Assembly: GCF_023055435.1 (NCBI RefSeq)
Contig: NW_025963879.1
Coordinates: forward strand, 24,676,001-24,740,000
From: Haliotis rufescens
Lineage: Eukaryota
DNA length: 64,000 bases
Direction of reading: 5' to 3'
In this document: positions 25,650 through 38,612 of the stretch, one piece after another
How the letters are laid out: the number at the start of each line of letters is the position of its first letter
Numbering within the stretch: position 1 is the stretch's first letter
Translations under genes and position numbers: made by a program
The notes under the pieces: generated by a model
Seen by the model: the letters and a program-made list of their open reading frames with translations, nothing else
The model's database searches: none
What the model was told of the DNA's origin: nothing

Positions 25650-27225
25650 ATCCTGTGTGGATGCACAGCTTCATGCAATCTATGTTCCACCAGACCGATG
25701 TGCCTCAACTTCCAGATGCAGTTCCAATTCCTCTCGACCTTTTTGATGGCTGATATTGCTCACTTCTTGGACGAGGACCTTCAACTCTCAAGATCCCTGA
25801 CACCACAGTGCGTTCATTGCGATGGAGGTAAGACGCCCATCCCTTATCAGACCTGGCATCCTCATTTGCCATCAATCAGGATCTGAGAGGACCAGAGAAC
25901 GTCTCCGCCTGCGCCTGCGTCAGACGTCAGGATCCATGGGTGTCCATCGTTCTGCCGTCCCACCTCATGCATCATCTTACGTGGCTGACAGTAGAGTCGA
26001 ACGTCTTTGAAGGAGTCTCCTTGACAGCTAACGCCAACATCACGCCTGTTTGTAGACGCCTCTCTATAGGGTTAGGACGCTCACCTTGGAGGACCAGACG
26101 GCTTCAGGGCTGTGGTCTGACATGCAGTGCACATGGAATACCATCAGCCTGGACCTGGAGGCGCTCATTCTGGCAATATTCCACTGGCAGAATCATCTCC
26201 AGAATACCAAGCTAGTCATCTCAACCGACAACATCACGGTTGTCTGGTGTCTGAGAAACCAGTGGACGAGTCACTCCCACTCCCTGCTGCAGCAGACGTT
26301 CTCGTATTTCATCTGGCGGATCGTCTGGACCTACAATTTCTTGCCCAACACATCCCTGGGTGTCAGAACATCAGTTTATAGACTCGGGCGCACTTCCACG
26401 ACAAGAAGGGTCTAGTGATTGCCGTTCTTCGCTAGGGATGGGTTAGGCGTTACCGAGTGTTTGCTGAGGATCACATCTGAAGGTATGCCTACATCCGTGC
26501 CGTCCGACTCCGACAACTAAGGAGTAATGCAGGGCAAGTTAAAAAAAATAGTAAAATCTAAAGATTTTTTACATTTGTATACTTATCCTACATTACTTAG
26601 TCTTACTGTCCCTACCATCGCAAAGCTCCCTCCACAGTCCCCACGATGTCTTCCAATGTCATGAGACCGCCTCCGTGGTCTAATGGTTGAGCGTCCGCCC
26701 GGAGAGCGGAAGGTCCGGGGTTCGATCCCGGGCCGCGTCATACCAAAAGACGTTAAAAGATGGTACTTGTTGTTACCCTGTCTGGCGCTTGGCATTAAGG
26801 AGCTAAAACAAGGACTGGTCTGAGTGGGGTATTCATGTTAAACTGCGGCATGGTATCTCAGTGTGCTAGCACTATAAATCGGCATCAGTCCGGACTAATA
26901 CAAGCAGCCACACACACACACATACACGTGCATGCACATCGCTATATAAGTGCAATAATCTTGGACGCGACGTTGAACCCCATTTCACCTCACCTCACCT
27001 CCAATGTTACGATCAAGCAGTAATGTGAAGATAAGTGACGTCATCACTTCCATGGTCACGTGGGCGCTGTGTGATGGGGTATGCCTCTCAACCGATTGGA
27101 ACAAGTTCTTTTCAGCTGGTCCTCATACAGTTTCGTTTTTCTGCCAAAAGAAAGCAGTAAAAGCATTAAGAAGTAATGCAGGATAAGTATACAAAGGTAA
27201 AAAAAAGTATTTAGATTTTACTAGT
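25650..27225 (+). mobile_element. Degenerate DIRS-type (tyrosine recombinase) retrotransposon: RT/RNase H remnant plus ICR/right ITR, interrupted by SINE B
   Basis: ASGLWS...ISLDLEAL...TDNITVV...HIPGCQN are DIRS RNase H-like motifs across frameshifts; 26549-26598 is the reverse complement of 27170-27222. Confidence 0.7.
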
Positions 27226-28144
27226 TTCGGTTGTGTCGAACCTTTGACAACTCGACATACACACGCTTTTTTCATACCTTTGGATATAATGTGCATGCCC
27301 CATTTGGATCCGCCTCTGGGAATTTTTCCAAGGCAAGGGGGTTAACTAACGACTTGGTTGATGCATGTCATCGTATCCCAATTGCGTGGATCGATGCTCA
27401 TGATGTCAATCACTAGATTGCCTGGTCCAGACTCGATTATTTACAGACCGCCGTCATATAGCTGGAATATTACTGAGTGCGGCATTAAACAACAAAGAAA
27501 GAAAGAAACAAGCAGCCACGCCCAAACAAACGCACGTGCATGCACGTCGATATGTGTGCAATAATTTTGAACGCGACGTTAAACCCCGTTTAACCTCACC
27601 TCATCACGTGGTAGCTGGACTTTTATAGTCCGTTAACTCTCTTGCTATAAAAAGGTGACTATGCTTGTCGTAAAAGGCGACTAACGGGATCGGGTGGTCA
27701 GGCTCGCTGACTTGGTTGATACATGACATCGATCCCAATTGCGTGGATCGATGCTCATGATGTCAATCACTAGATTGCCTGGTCCAGACTCGATTATTTA
27801 CAGACCGCCGTCATATAGCTGGAATATTGCTGAGTGCGGCGTTAAACAACAAACCAAACCAAAAACTCTCTTGCCACGGGAAGATGGCCTCTGATGTGGG
27901 TTGCCATAACTAAAATCACTCACACACTCCGTCACATGTGGAGTCGCATTAACATCCACGCCAGCACGTGTTACACTCGGGTAAGCCTTTCACCTTGTGT
28001 CTGGTAAGCCCCAACCACGTGTTACACACGAGTAAGCCTAAAGGATCGTCAAGAAGCTACGGGTGTCCATGAGCTTCTGGCTGCAGCCATGTCTTATCAA
28101 CATATAAGTTGTACTACGTTGTCTACACCAACCAAGCCGTCATC

Positions 28145-28281
28145 ATGGATGCTGGCGAATGGAAGACGAGCAAAGTTGGTCCTCGGACATTTCTTTATGT
28201 TGTCTCTCTGGCAGTCATATTGTTCTTTGTATTCATTTCAAACACAAAAGATTGGAGATTTTCAGAGGAACTAAATGCGAG
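28145..28281 (+). CDS. NXPE-family paralog 1, exon 1 (type II signal anchor)
   Basis: MDAGEWKTSKVGPRTFLYVVSLAVILFFVFISNTKDWRFSEELNA + AG|gtaagt; phase 2 matches the next exon. Confidence 0.8.
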
Positions 28282-28531
28282 GTAAGTTTAATAAAATACA
28301 CGTATTGCGTTTATTACTTTTTAACAGTTCTAAGACGTGGCGGTTTGGTTTTGCACGGGTTACGTATAATTACAACGAATAGTACAGTGACAGATGGTTT
28401 TAACGTCGTCTTGAACAGTACTCAGTATATCAACGGCGTTGCAGCTTGGAGGAGGAGATCCTGAAGGGATCCAGGTTTTAGACCATTACCACTTGGGTGA
28501 AACACAAGAGCACGGATATGCTGCTGACAGA

Positions 28532-28971
28532 TACGGTGGCCCACAAGGGACATGGAGTCTGTTTTTCAATATTTTGATATTTCACGTACTGTTATCGTAA
28601 CCTTTTGCAAATTAACACGATTTGTCATACAAATATGTGATAAATCATGTATATAAACAACTGAAAACATGGAAAATGTACTTTCAAGTAGCTATTGAGT
28701 CGCTGAAATGTGAAGCGAAAATGTCAAAAACTAAAATGGAAATGTCAAAAACCAAAACGAAAGTGTCAAAAACTAAAATGAAAAAACAGAAAACTATTTC
28801 CACCGCGGTGGAAATATTATCACCGCGGTAGAAATAGTTTTATCTTCTTTACACATGATTTATCACATATTTGTAAGACAAAACGTGTTAATTTGCAAAA
28901 GGTAACGATAAAAGTAAGTGAAATATCAATATATGCAAAAACAGACTCCATGTCCCTTATGGGCCACCGTA
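28532..28971. mobile_element. Long-TIR MITE in intron 1 of NXPE paralog 1
   Basis: TIR tacggtggccca(c/t)aagggacatggagtctgttttt extending imperfectly for over 100 bp; 6-bp TSD gacaga. Confidence 0.88.
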
Positions 28972-29561
28972 GACAGACCTAGAAACAAAATCTGATCGAA
29001 CAGATTCTGACCCACTCGAGCTCGCCTGAGACCTGTAACTCTACACTGTACAGCGAACTGTACGCCTTGAACGCCTGGATCTGGTCCCAGGAACAGTACA
29101 GATCCACTGATGATAGCTTAGAATTATCTTAATAGTATTCTCCTCAAGACGCTTTAGTGCAGGAGTGAGTGAGTGGGTGTGGAATTTATGCCGCTTTGGG
29201 CAATATTCCAGTATTATCATCGCGGGGGACACAAAAAATGATCTTCACAGATTGTACCCATGTGGGAATCGAACCCGAGCCTTCGGCGTGACGGGCAAAT
29301 GCTTTAGCCACTGGGCTACCCAACGGCCCTCAAGGGGAAGGCATACCGGTAGTCCTAAACAGTATAGTGAGTGAGTTGGGTTTAACGCCGCTTTTAACAG
29401 TATTCCAGTCATACCACGGCGTGTCAGCTTAATATGGGAGGAAAGTCTGGAGTCATGCAGGTCTCAGACGTTAACCACTTCGGTGAAACCCACGAGCACG
29501 GGTATGGTGCTGACATGCCGGCGAACCGGGATTCGAACCCACAATCATAGGCCACTCGTGC

Positions 29562-29593
<32 letters not shown>

Positions 29594-29782
29594 AACCGTA
29601 TAGCAACATTAGTTAAATTAATGTACACGAATGTGACCTACCAGTGTCCTAGTGTCAACGGGGGTTGTGCTCATACCAATTGGCGGTCCGGGCAAGTTCG
29701 AGTCTAGTTATCTTTGTCTACAAACTCAAATGTCATGATATATCAACCCATACTAGTACTGATCAATGTCTCAGTCTCACAA

Positions 29783-30056
29783 GGCCCGTTAAGATCCGGG
29801 GTAGAATAGGTCTTCAGCAACCCATGCTTGCCGTAAAAGGTGACTATGCTTGTCGTAAAAGGCGACTAACGGGATCGGGTGGTCAGGCTCGCTGACTTGG
29901 TTGATGCATGTCATCGATTCCAATTGCGTGGATCGATGTTCATGATAAAAAAATCACTGGATTGTCTGGTCCAGACTCGATTATTTACAGACCGCCGTCA
30001 TATAGCTGGAATATTGCTGAGTGCGGCGTTAAACAAAAAACCAACCAACCAACCAA
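29783..30056 (+). mobile_element. SINE D (about 260-280 bp, structured non-tRNA 5' head); at least 15 copies, e.g. 11590-12182(-), 15564-15828(-), 20431-20681, 23849-24092, 27646-27862, 42198-42443(-), 44757-44985, 46650-46915, 57218-57450 and 61660-61930
   Basis: 13-bp TSD ctcagtctcacaa; (aac/aaac)n tail. Confidence 0.9.
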
Positions 30057-30175
30057 CTCAGTCTCACAAACTATTCACCACTGATAGACACAGACTTAAA
30101 ATGGACACCAGACCCCATCGTATCGCTTGTTAGTCTCTCTTTCAGATAATTCAGACTTGTTTTCAACCTTTGCAG

Positions 30176-30952
30176 TCATTATGTCAAATGGAACTGGATG
30201 TTGAGTGAAGCTCCAGAAAAGCAGCCCCCGGATGAAGCGCGAGAGGGTATGATGTATTTGTCGGAGGAGGAACTCCGAACAGACTTAAGCTTGGACAACA
30301 TCAGTGTTAGGAGTTTCACCGACCCGGACCATTCTAAGATGTATTTGTCGGAGGCGGAACTCCGAACAGACTTGGACAACATCAGTGTTAGGAGTTTCAC
30401 TGACCCGGTCCATTCTGAGATGTATTTAATGGACAGGAATGGTATCGAATTTAGTTTGAATGACATTATCCGTGTGAGAATCGACATGTACGACAGTTAC
30501 GGCAAAAGAAGAACTGTCGGCGGAGACTTTCTCCGGCTGTGGATGGAAGAACCCGGATTAAAAGCCATCGTTTCTGGTGACGCCATCGACCACAATAACG
30601 GAAGTTACACGGGGATATTGAGAGCTTCTTGGACGGGCACGGCATCGATCCTCTGTTTTGTTGACAGGCGTAGAGAGGAGATAGCTCTCCTCTACCGAAA
30701 ATATAACCAATATAACACACTGTGGAATGCGTACGCACAGTTCGCAAGTGGAGCTATGAAAGAAAATACGCTTTGTTTTACGACGCCGCGACCACCACAT
30801 CGCTACTGCAACTACACCGACCACAACGGCGGCCTACCCTACTACTGCCTGCACCCCAACACCCCCGGCTTCACCTGCGCCATGTGGTGGGGTGTGTGGT
30901 CGAGTAGGAGGATAGTACCGATGACGCCTCAAGAGATACTGGTCTTCCAAGG
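30176..30952 (+). CDS. NXPE-family paralog 1, exon 2 (Ig-like/neurexophilin region)
   Basis: YDSYGKRRTVGGDF...DHNNGSYTG motif typical of NXPE; tgcag| acceptor and GG|gtaagc donor. Confidence 0.9.
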
Positions 30953-31575
30953 GTAAGCAACAGATTCAGGATAGTCTCGTTATTTTCAACCCAAACAGTG
31001 AATTTTGTGTAATATATGGTGATAAACAATTAAAGACACCAGGGAGTGTGGACGGGATCGTCCTTCTCCATCACAGTGAGTGAATGAGTATAATTTAATG
31101 CCGCTTTTTGCAATATTCCAGCAAGATTGCTATGAATATTTTACGCGTTCACTAAAGACCTTACGATTTTCCCTGACATGTTACGGATAACTTGTTTTAA
31201 TAAAATACTAGTACCTAAGAGTAATGATTCTTCACTCCATGAACTGAGAATTTATATACAAAAAAAAAAGTATACACCCTTGGTGACTGGCGGCTAAAAT
31301 GAAACAGACACTAAGTGGTTCTTTGATGTCGATGCATCTGATACAAGTAAAATAGTTGTATTTTGGACTTTAAGTTGGAGTGTTTCGGCGAGTGTTTTCA
31401 GTCTAGTAACGTTTGTTTCGGACACATCCAGTGATACTTTTTTTTGCCAGGCATTTTTTCATGACACATGCTATTGATAAGTATGTGAGCTCAATCCAAA
31501 CTGACGGGTTAGGTTATATGTTGAAAGAAGCCGTACATGATGGTTTTGATATTTTTGTTTGAATACTTTGTACAG

Positions 31576-31634
31576 GACCTTTGACAAAAGGAACGACTTA
31601 CTCCCAACTCAAGTGAAGATAAAGATAGCCCCAG
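31576..31634 (+). CDS. NXPE-family paralog 1, exon 3 (59-nt linker)
   Basis: TFDKRNDLLPTQVKIKIAP; required to reconcile phase 2 with phase 1; same length as in paralog 2. Confidence 0.8.
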
Positions 31635-31694
31635 GTATGATCTGAGTTCTTTCCCCTTGCTTTGTCCAGACGATGCCGGGCATGAAAATCTATA

Positions 31695-31881
31695 CAGTAA
31701 ACTACGGTTATTACGAACTCAAAGGGACCACTTATTTTAGTTCGTTTTAACCGTAGTTCGTTATAAGCACATATACAGCATATATATATATATATACAGA
31801 ACACTGAGACGGGACTACAAAATAAGTTCGTTATATCGGTCAGTTCGTTATAAGTGTGTTCGTTATAACCGTAGTTTACTG
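31695..31881. mobile_element. Tigger/pogo-like MITE (cagtaaactacggtta TIR); relatives at about 43899-44055 and 61067-61188
   Basis: TIRs and TA TSD. Confidence 0.82.
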
Positions 31882-33464
31882 TACATGGCTCCGGACCATG
31901 GAATAGAAAGTTATTTTACCGTAGATGGTGTGATAAGGATGCTATGTATCCACAATAAAACATATGACAGATTAAACGTGGCTATTGACAAATACAGGAT
32001 ATGCGGCTCACAATAAATTGGGGAAAGGGAGTTTTTAATTGAACAGCTTGTTCAGAAATATGCCTAAAATTAATAGTTTGTTGCAGTGGAAACACAATTC
32101 ATCGTTTGTTTTGTGGAAAATACTCAAACGTCAAAATTGTTGTGTTAATAGTGTAAATGAATAGATTGTTTGCTGGTGATTAGTAGATAAGTGTGTTGTA
32201 TAAAACTCTGAAAAATAGATTGTTCTCAAACACCTCACCCCCACACAAATCAAATGGATTTTTCCTAGTTGGACTTTTTAATGTTGTTGCATAGGACAAG
32301 CGGTCCCGCAGTACAGAAGCGCATCACCATTCGTCATCACTCGCCCCTTTCCGTAACCTGCAAGAAGACTTGTCCCCTATCGATGAATGTTATGTTCGAA
32401 AATACGACAATCCAATCAGAATGCGCGTATGACTTAAAGTACTTCGGTCAAAGAATCCCTTAGAAATAATTTTGATTTTACATATGTCTTGCATCTAAAA
32501 ATATACCCAAGACACAGGTAAATGTGTTCAGCCATACTGTATAATTCCGCACATCCCAATGTGCTTTAAATTGCATCTGAAATATATATAATATATAGGG
32601 AAATATATGTGAACCATTACGCAACGAGTTGACAATTGTTTTAGGTATGCCCGTTTGCGCTAAGACGGAACCCGGTCGCAAAAATGGCCACGAAAGGGGC
32701 ACTAGTCGCTATTCGGCTTGTAAAATAGATTGTTCTCAAAAACCTCACTCCCACACAAATCAAATGGATTCTCCCTATTTGGACTTTTTGATGTTGTTGC
32801 ATGGGACAAGCAGTCCCGCAGTACAGAAGCACATCACACGACAGAATACATGATGATATTGTTGTTTTATATATTTTTTTCTGATCTAAAACATTTCTTG
32901 TAAACACTTTTAAAAATTCATAAATTTATTACTATATTGTAAATTGCGTAGATATTTAACAGGTCCTGAACACAATGGAACTATTTCGATTTCTCGTCAT
33001 GATATATAATGGACATTAGAAACATAATCTAGATACCTAGAAACATAATCAGGACGAACCGGAATTCGAACCCATGATCATAGGTTTCATAGCAAATTGC
33101 GGCGTCTTAGACGACTGGGTCACCCGTACCGTCATCTTTTCCCTTTCTGTAAAAATGAATTCCAATGTACATCTTAGTAAACATCTTTTTAAATTGTTTA
33201 CATCACTGTCCATAAGATACCACCCCAACAAATATTTTAAAGGATGACTATAATTCTAAAATTGAATGCCCCAATATAGGATACGATGGTCTAAGGCGCC
33301 AAAATTCAAAGTTCAGAGTTGAGGCAGCTTATGCAAGATATAATTGATTTGAATCCAAATATTGATGGTCTGTCAGGGCCATACCCATGCTCGCATCCTA
33401 CGCCTCATATTAAGCTGATACGTTGTGATAACTCGATCTTTACTTGTACTCATTTCTGCTTCAG

Positions 33465-34258
33465 GGACAGACAGTCATCAGGTCAAACTGACCCAGCGGT
33501 CCATCCTATGTAAAGACGTTTCCCCGGCCGCAACATGGCAGAAATTCTCACCCTCTGGGTTCATCTTCATGGGCACGTGGTACCCCCGACTGTGTTCTCT
33601 GGGAATGCCCATCGCTGAGTCGACCTACAGCTCGTGTCTGGCCAACAAGACTCTATGGTTGTCCGGGGATTCCACCAGCATCCAATTTGTGATTCAGCTG
33701 AACAATGTCCTTGGACTGGCACCATTTATTCCCCGAACACACGAACCGAAACGGATCTACCATCGATCTCGGAACTACTCCGTGGCGTGGGCAGCCCACG
33801 GGTTCCCGTACTTCCCAGGGGGGAATGTCCAACATCGCTCCTCCCTCATCCCTCCACAAGCCCAGTTTAAATACACAGCTAACAATTCTCGCGATATATT
33901 TGTGTTGTACCTCAACATTCACCTAATGCTGGTTCACCCCCGTGTCTTTAGGCAGCACGTGCGAATCATGGCTCAAGAGACGTCAACGCTCTTAGCACGT
34001 GCTCCGAACGTCACCGTGGCTGTGAGAGGTCCTCATGCCTTTTATCAACATCCGTATAAGGAAATATATTCATATTGGGGTCTCTTGTTTCGAGACATCA
34101 TCCACGAAGAGTTCCGTCCCAATCGTGATAGAGTTATCTTCCTTGACTACTGGGATATGACCGTTGCCCTTGCGCCGATTGACTTTCATCCTAGGCCTCA
34201 AATTGTACAGATGATGATTCAGAATATGATGGCGTTTGTATGTAGAGATACATCGTGA
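33465..34258 (+). CDS. NXPE-family paralog 1, exon 4 (PC-esterase/SGNH domain); whole protein about 588 aa
   Basis: LWLSGDST nucleophile motif, AHGFP, FLDYWDMT, DFHP near the C-terminus, terminal Cys. Confidence 0.92.
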
Positions 34259-34826
34259 GTCTTTTGTAGTGATGACGATTGCTACTTCTCCTTAATTTCT
34301 GAAGTGTCACAAATGGTATTTTTCAAAAAGGCCGCGCCCCACTGTCAAACGCTCTGTTGCAGAACACCACGAACATTGATTGATAAAGTCGTTTAACAGA
34401 CACAGCTTTGTATTGTGAAGCTCAGTATATATGGAGGGCACGAGTGGCCCAGTCGTCTAAGGCGCTGTAATTCGCTTTGCAGACTTGCGTCCCTTGGGCA
34501 CTCGAAAAACCTATGATCGTGGGTTCGAATCCCGGTTCGCCCCGATTATGTTTCTAGGTTTGTCAGCCCGACACTCGTGGGTTTCACCAACGTGATAGAC
34601 GTCTAAGACCTGCATTACTAATTAAGCTGACACGCGTGATATAACTGGAATACTGTTTAAAGCGGCGTTAAACCCAGCTCACTCACTCACTCAGCATATA
34701 TGTGTATGGGTGTATAAATATTGAGTTACATACACTGACACATGGTGTAAACACGTTCTGGTTTCGATGTATTTCTGCATAGTATGAATAAATCGAGTGC
34801 TTGAATATTGCTTAGTGCGGCGTTAA

Positions 34827-34858
<32 letters not shown>

Positions 34859-35896
34859 CAAATCGAGTAAATTGTTAAATTTGATCACAATAGAAGTGTT
34901 ATCAAAACAAACAATAATAATGACTTGTCATAGCATAATCAGATAGATAAGTGAATGAAATCCAGAATTGTACTTTAAGTAAATCGTGACATGGCTTGAG
35001 CTTCTGAAGCTAACACTAGCCGTTCAATCGCGAGAGAAATTCTGTGTGAAGTTATAAAGCTATGGCAGTTAATTAGTCCAGTGAATATTCATCGTAGTGG
35101 AATTGAGATGTAACAAACTCGGCAATCAAAGCTGATACGGGATTCATTTTGTATGCAGTGAATTATAAAAAAAATATGTCAAGAGGCTGGCTATCTTGTC
35201 ATATTGTCATCTTGTAGTGTTACATGTGAAACTCATACCTTTACCATCTTAACACGAAACGATGCGTCAAATTTGGAAATGTCCTCGAAAGATGAAATTT
35301 GAAAGTTGAAGTCATCCCCCTTGTTATACTGTCTTGTGGAGAATTGTTTTGTCACTCTAAATCTTCTCGTCTAAATGCCTTATCCCTCGTTTCCACACAC
35401 ATGCTATCAATGAGAAAGGCCAACATTTCACACACTGTTTTCTTGTTGCTTTTAATATTGACAAGTTGTCCCTAAACCTTTCAAGATAGAGATGTAGCTG
35501 TATCAGTGGTCACCACGTTTAGTTCACAAATGCCAATGGATCAAGGAACGAAGTTAGGTTTGTCGTTGGGATAGTGGTGTATAAAGTTGAAAAATCAAAT
35601 GTTTTGACAGAGTTGAACTTTGTTCTTTTCTTAAATTGCAAATATTCAGTCAAATCCTTGAAGAAGCGTTCACAACACCGACATACACAGTTCGTTATGA
35701 CATAGCCTTGTACATGTACGGCTCCAATTACGACATGTCGTTATGCAAGTAACACCATTGTTCCGGCAATTATTGTTCGTTGTTTTCTCAAGACAATTAC
35801 TGGCATCATCTTGATTGCATATAATTTAGATAAGTGACCAAAACCACAAACAAACGTTTAAAAAATATCCCTGCAAGTATGAAATAAAGTCATTAA

Positions 35897-36605
35897 GGCC
35901 CCTTTACACAGGGCTGCGGCCTTTGTGCCACCTTTGAGCGACCAAAAACTGCCTAGGACGCTCAATGGTCGTCTAAACCCAGAAAATCATGTATCTATGT
36001 AACTGCTCCAGCAGTTGTTCAGCAGTAAGTGCTCGAGTTGTTCAGCGTCTGCAACCACAATGAAACACTGCATGTACAAGCCCTCTAGCTATAGCCAGGC
36101 TGAGCAGGCACAACAGGTAGCTCAAAGGAGGCAGAAAAGAGGCAGAAGCATTGTCATGGTGTCTCAAGGGTTGCCGTGGTCGCCGAATGGGGGCACGGCG
36201 GTCGCAACAGTCATCGTTCAATGCATGCTGTTGGTCGCCCAAAGGAGGCACAAGGGAGGTACAAGCATCGCCCAGATTGACGGGAAAATTTGCAGCAGAA
36301 CGCATCTATTACTTGGCGACCATTGGGCGACCACTGTGCCTTCTTTCTGCAACAACGGCAAAGCTTCTGCCTCCTTTGAGCCACCTTTGAGCAACCAACC
36401 TCCTCTGCGACCTTTGTGCGACTGTTTTGAACATGTTCAAAAATTCACGGCGACCATGGCCTCATGTCGTCCATGGCGATGTCTGAACCTTCTGTCTACC
36501 ACCTTAGAACGATCTAGGCAATCCTTTGAGCCTCCAACGAAGACCTGGCAAATTTTATAGTCGCACATGGGAGGCACAAAGGTCGCCATCCTGTGTAAAG
36601 GCCCC
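35897..36605. mobile_element. PIF/Harbinger-like non-autonomous element
   Basis: Imperfect TIR ggcccctttacacagg...cctttgtgcc / ggcacaaagg...cctgtgtaaaggcccc; TWA-type flanks. Confidence 0.75.
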
Positions 36606-36849
36606 ATTACCCCAAGGGTTGTAAGCTCGAAACACTTATTAGAGTAAAGTGAGTTTGGTGCCTTTTGGGGCAGTATAACAGTTGCATGACCGTGTGCCAG
36701 CCTGGTGTAATCGGCCAGCCATAGTAATACAGGCTATAGACATGCACCGCTACAGGAGCACGGTAAGGTACTGACAAACCTAAGATCATAATCGGGATTC
36801 GAATTCTTGGTATCTCAAAAGACTTTGGCAAAACAGGCTTGTAAAGTAG

Positions 36850-37680
36850 TTAATACTACATTCAACGCTGGGAAAATTCTCAACAATCCCAGCTGGTGTC
36901 TGTTTTTATATTTTTATATATAAAAGAATTGCCAATCTTAAATTATAGAGTAGAGGTTTGGAGATTTCACCCTCCGCCCGATATTGAAAATGTACACGAT
37001 CGTTTCTGTAAACTTGTTCTGAGCTTGAATAGAAACACCCTAACATAATTGCAAGAGGTATTGTTAATAGAACGTCAATAGGTTTTGCATTATATAAAAA
37101 GTTATAAAATTCTGGTTAAGATTATTGTCACAGGTTAATACCATCATTAAAGGTTCTTATGATTTTCAGTATAGAAGGGCAGAAAATGGTAAAGCTTGTT
37201 GGGCTGCTAATGTTAAATCTTTGCTGTATACATATGGTTTGGGCGAAGTTTGGTTACGGCAAGCTGTTGGAAATATAAATTGTATATTGTGTTTTAAGCA
37301 AAGATGTAAAGATATCTGCCAACAAACATGGAATAATAATCTAGAATGTTATTCTAAGCTGAAATATTTTGCTCTGTCAAGAAATTTTTTAAATATGAAC
37401 ATCTGACCAATTGAATTGATATAGCCATCTATCAAACATCCCTTGTCAGGTTTAGCTGTTCTAGTCATAATCTATTGGTAGAGGCAGGTTGGCATTATAA
37501 AATACCAAGGCCAGAACGCCATATTGTATTGTGCCATATATAGAAACTGAATTCCACTTTTGTATGTCCATTCTTCTCGAATATGAGAGAATAGGTACTT
37601 CCTAAATATTATTGCATATGTCCAACTCTTAATGAACTAATCTAATTTGTGAAAGCTAGTGTGAAACAAATTTGTTTAAG
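36850..37680 (+). mobile_element. Degenerate 3' fragment of a CR1/L2-group LINE
   Basis: WAANVKSLL..YGLGEVW..Q and FSCSSHNLLVEAGWHYKIPRPER...ETEFHF..CP C-terminal motifs with frameshifts. Confidence 0.65.
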
Positions 37681-38295
37681 TGGGAGGTTAGGCACCCTAC
37701 CACAGTTCAGTGGATTTGCCTCCCTTACACCAGTGTGTTGGTAATCGTAAACCGACCACGTGACGCACATGACTGCATCAATCCTCTTTCCTCGTACCCC
37801 AGCAAGTAGCCAAACGCGTATCTCATAGGCAACATATTATTTATCCCTTCCCTCGCACCCCAATTTTACCTTCTTTTTCCATGGGTTTACATGTTAACAA
37901 TGTAATGTAAACATGTTTTTCATCAGGACCAAGTTTGGTAAATCAATACTTCTCGCATAATGAGTATGCATATCTGCTCATTAGCAATATAAATCAATGA
38001 TTCCATGAATGCATAAGGATGTGTTTCTTGCTCTAATTGTCTTGGTGTTTCAGTGCCTCTCACCAGCATACTATATAACCTGGTGCAGCAATACTCGGCG
38101 GAGGTCGTGGCAGGCAACTCAGTTTTCTCATTAACACTCATTAAGTGTAAGTAAGTTCAGCCTCAACATGCTAACTGCACCTCATGTAGTGTACCCAAAC
38201 CACAGAGGATGACAGTGTATGTAATGACACAGGATGGACTGCAGCTCATGCCTCACGTTGTGTTTAGCCACGGAGGATGAACGAACTGTCATCTC

Positions 38296-38612
38296 TATTC
38301 CGGCCAATTTGGTCATGTGTATATTCCGGCCCATTTGGTCATGATGTGTATAATCCGACCCATTTTGTCATGATGTGTATATTCCGGCCCATTTGGTCAT
38401 GATGTGTATATTCCGGCCCATTTGGTCATGATGTGTATATTCCGGCCCATTTGGTCATGATGTGTATATTCCGGCCCATTTGGTCATGATGTGTATAATC
38501 CGACCCATTTGGTCATGATGTGTATATTCCGGCCGATTTGGTTATGATGTGTATATTCCGGCCCATTTGGTCATGATGTGTATATTTCGGCCCATTTGGT
38601 CATGATTTGGTC
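38296..38612. repeat. 29-bp minisatellite (about 11 copies)
   Basis: Unit tgtatattccggcccatttggtcatgatg. Confidence 0.95.

Noticed and set aside
29563-29591. Poly-C run, and poly-G at 60862-60890, as functional G-quadruplexes
   Set aside because: Simple homopolymers of unreliable length with no supporting context.
32207-32838. About 115-bp direct repeat (32212-32327 and 32722-32837), and the 60-bp duplication at 19212-19322
   Set aside because: Small local duplications with no TSD, PBS or TG...CA ends to suggest LTRs or function.
33425-33464. ORF-track starts for the NXPE ORFs (30198, 33425, 41384, 43791) as independent genes
   Set aside because: They are internal exons; splice phases join them into two 4-exon genes.
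36015-36560. 181-aa ORF
   Set aside because: Lies inside a GC-rich Harbinger-like MITE and has no transposase or other recognisable motifs.
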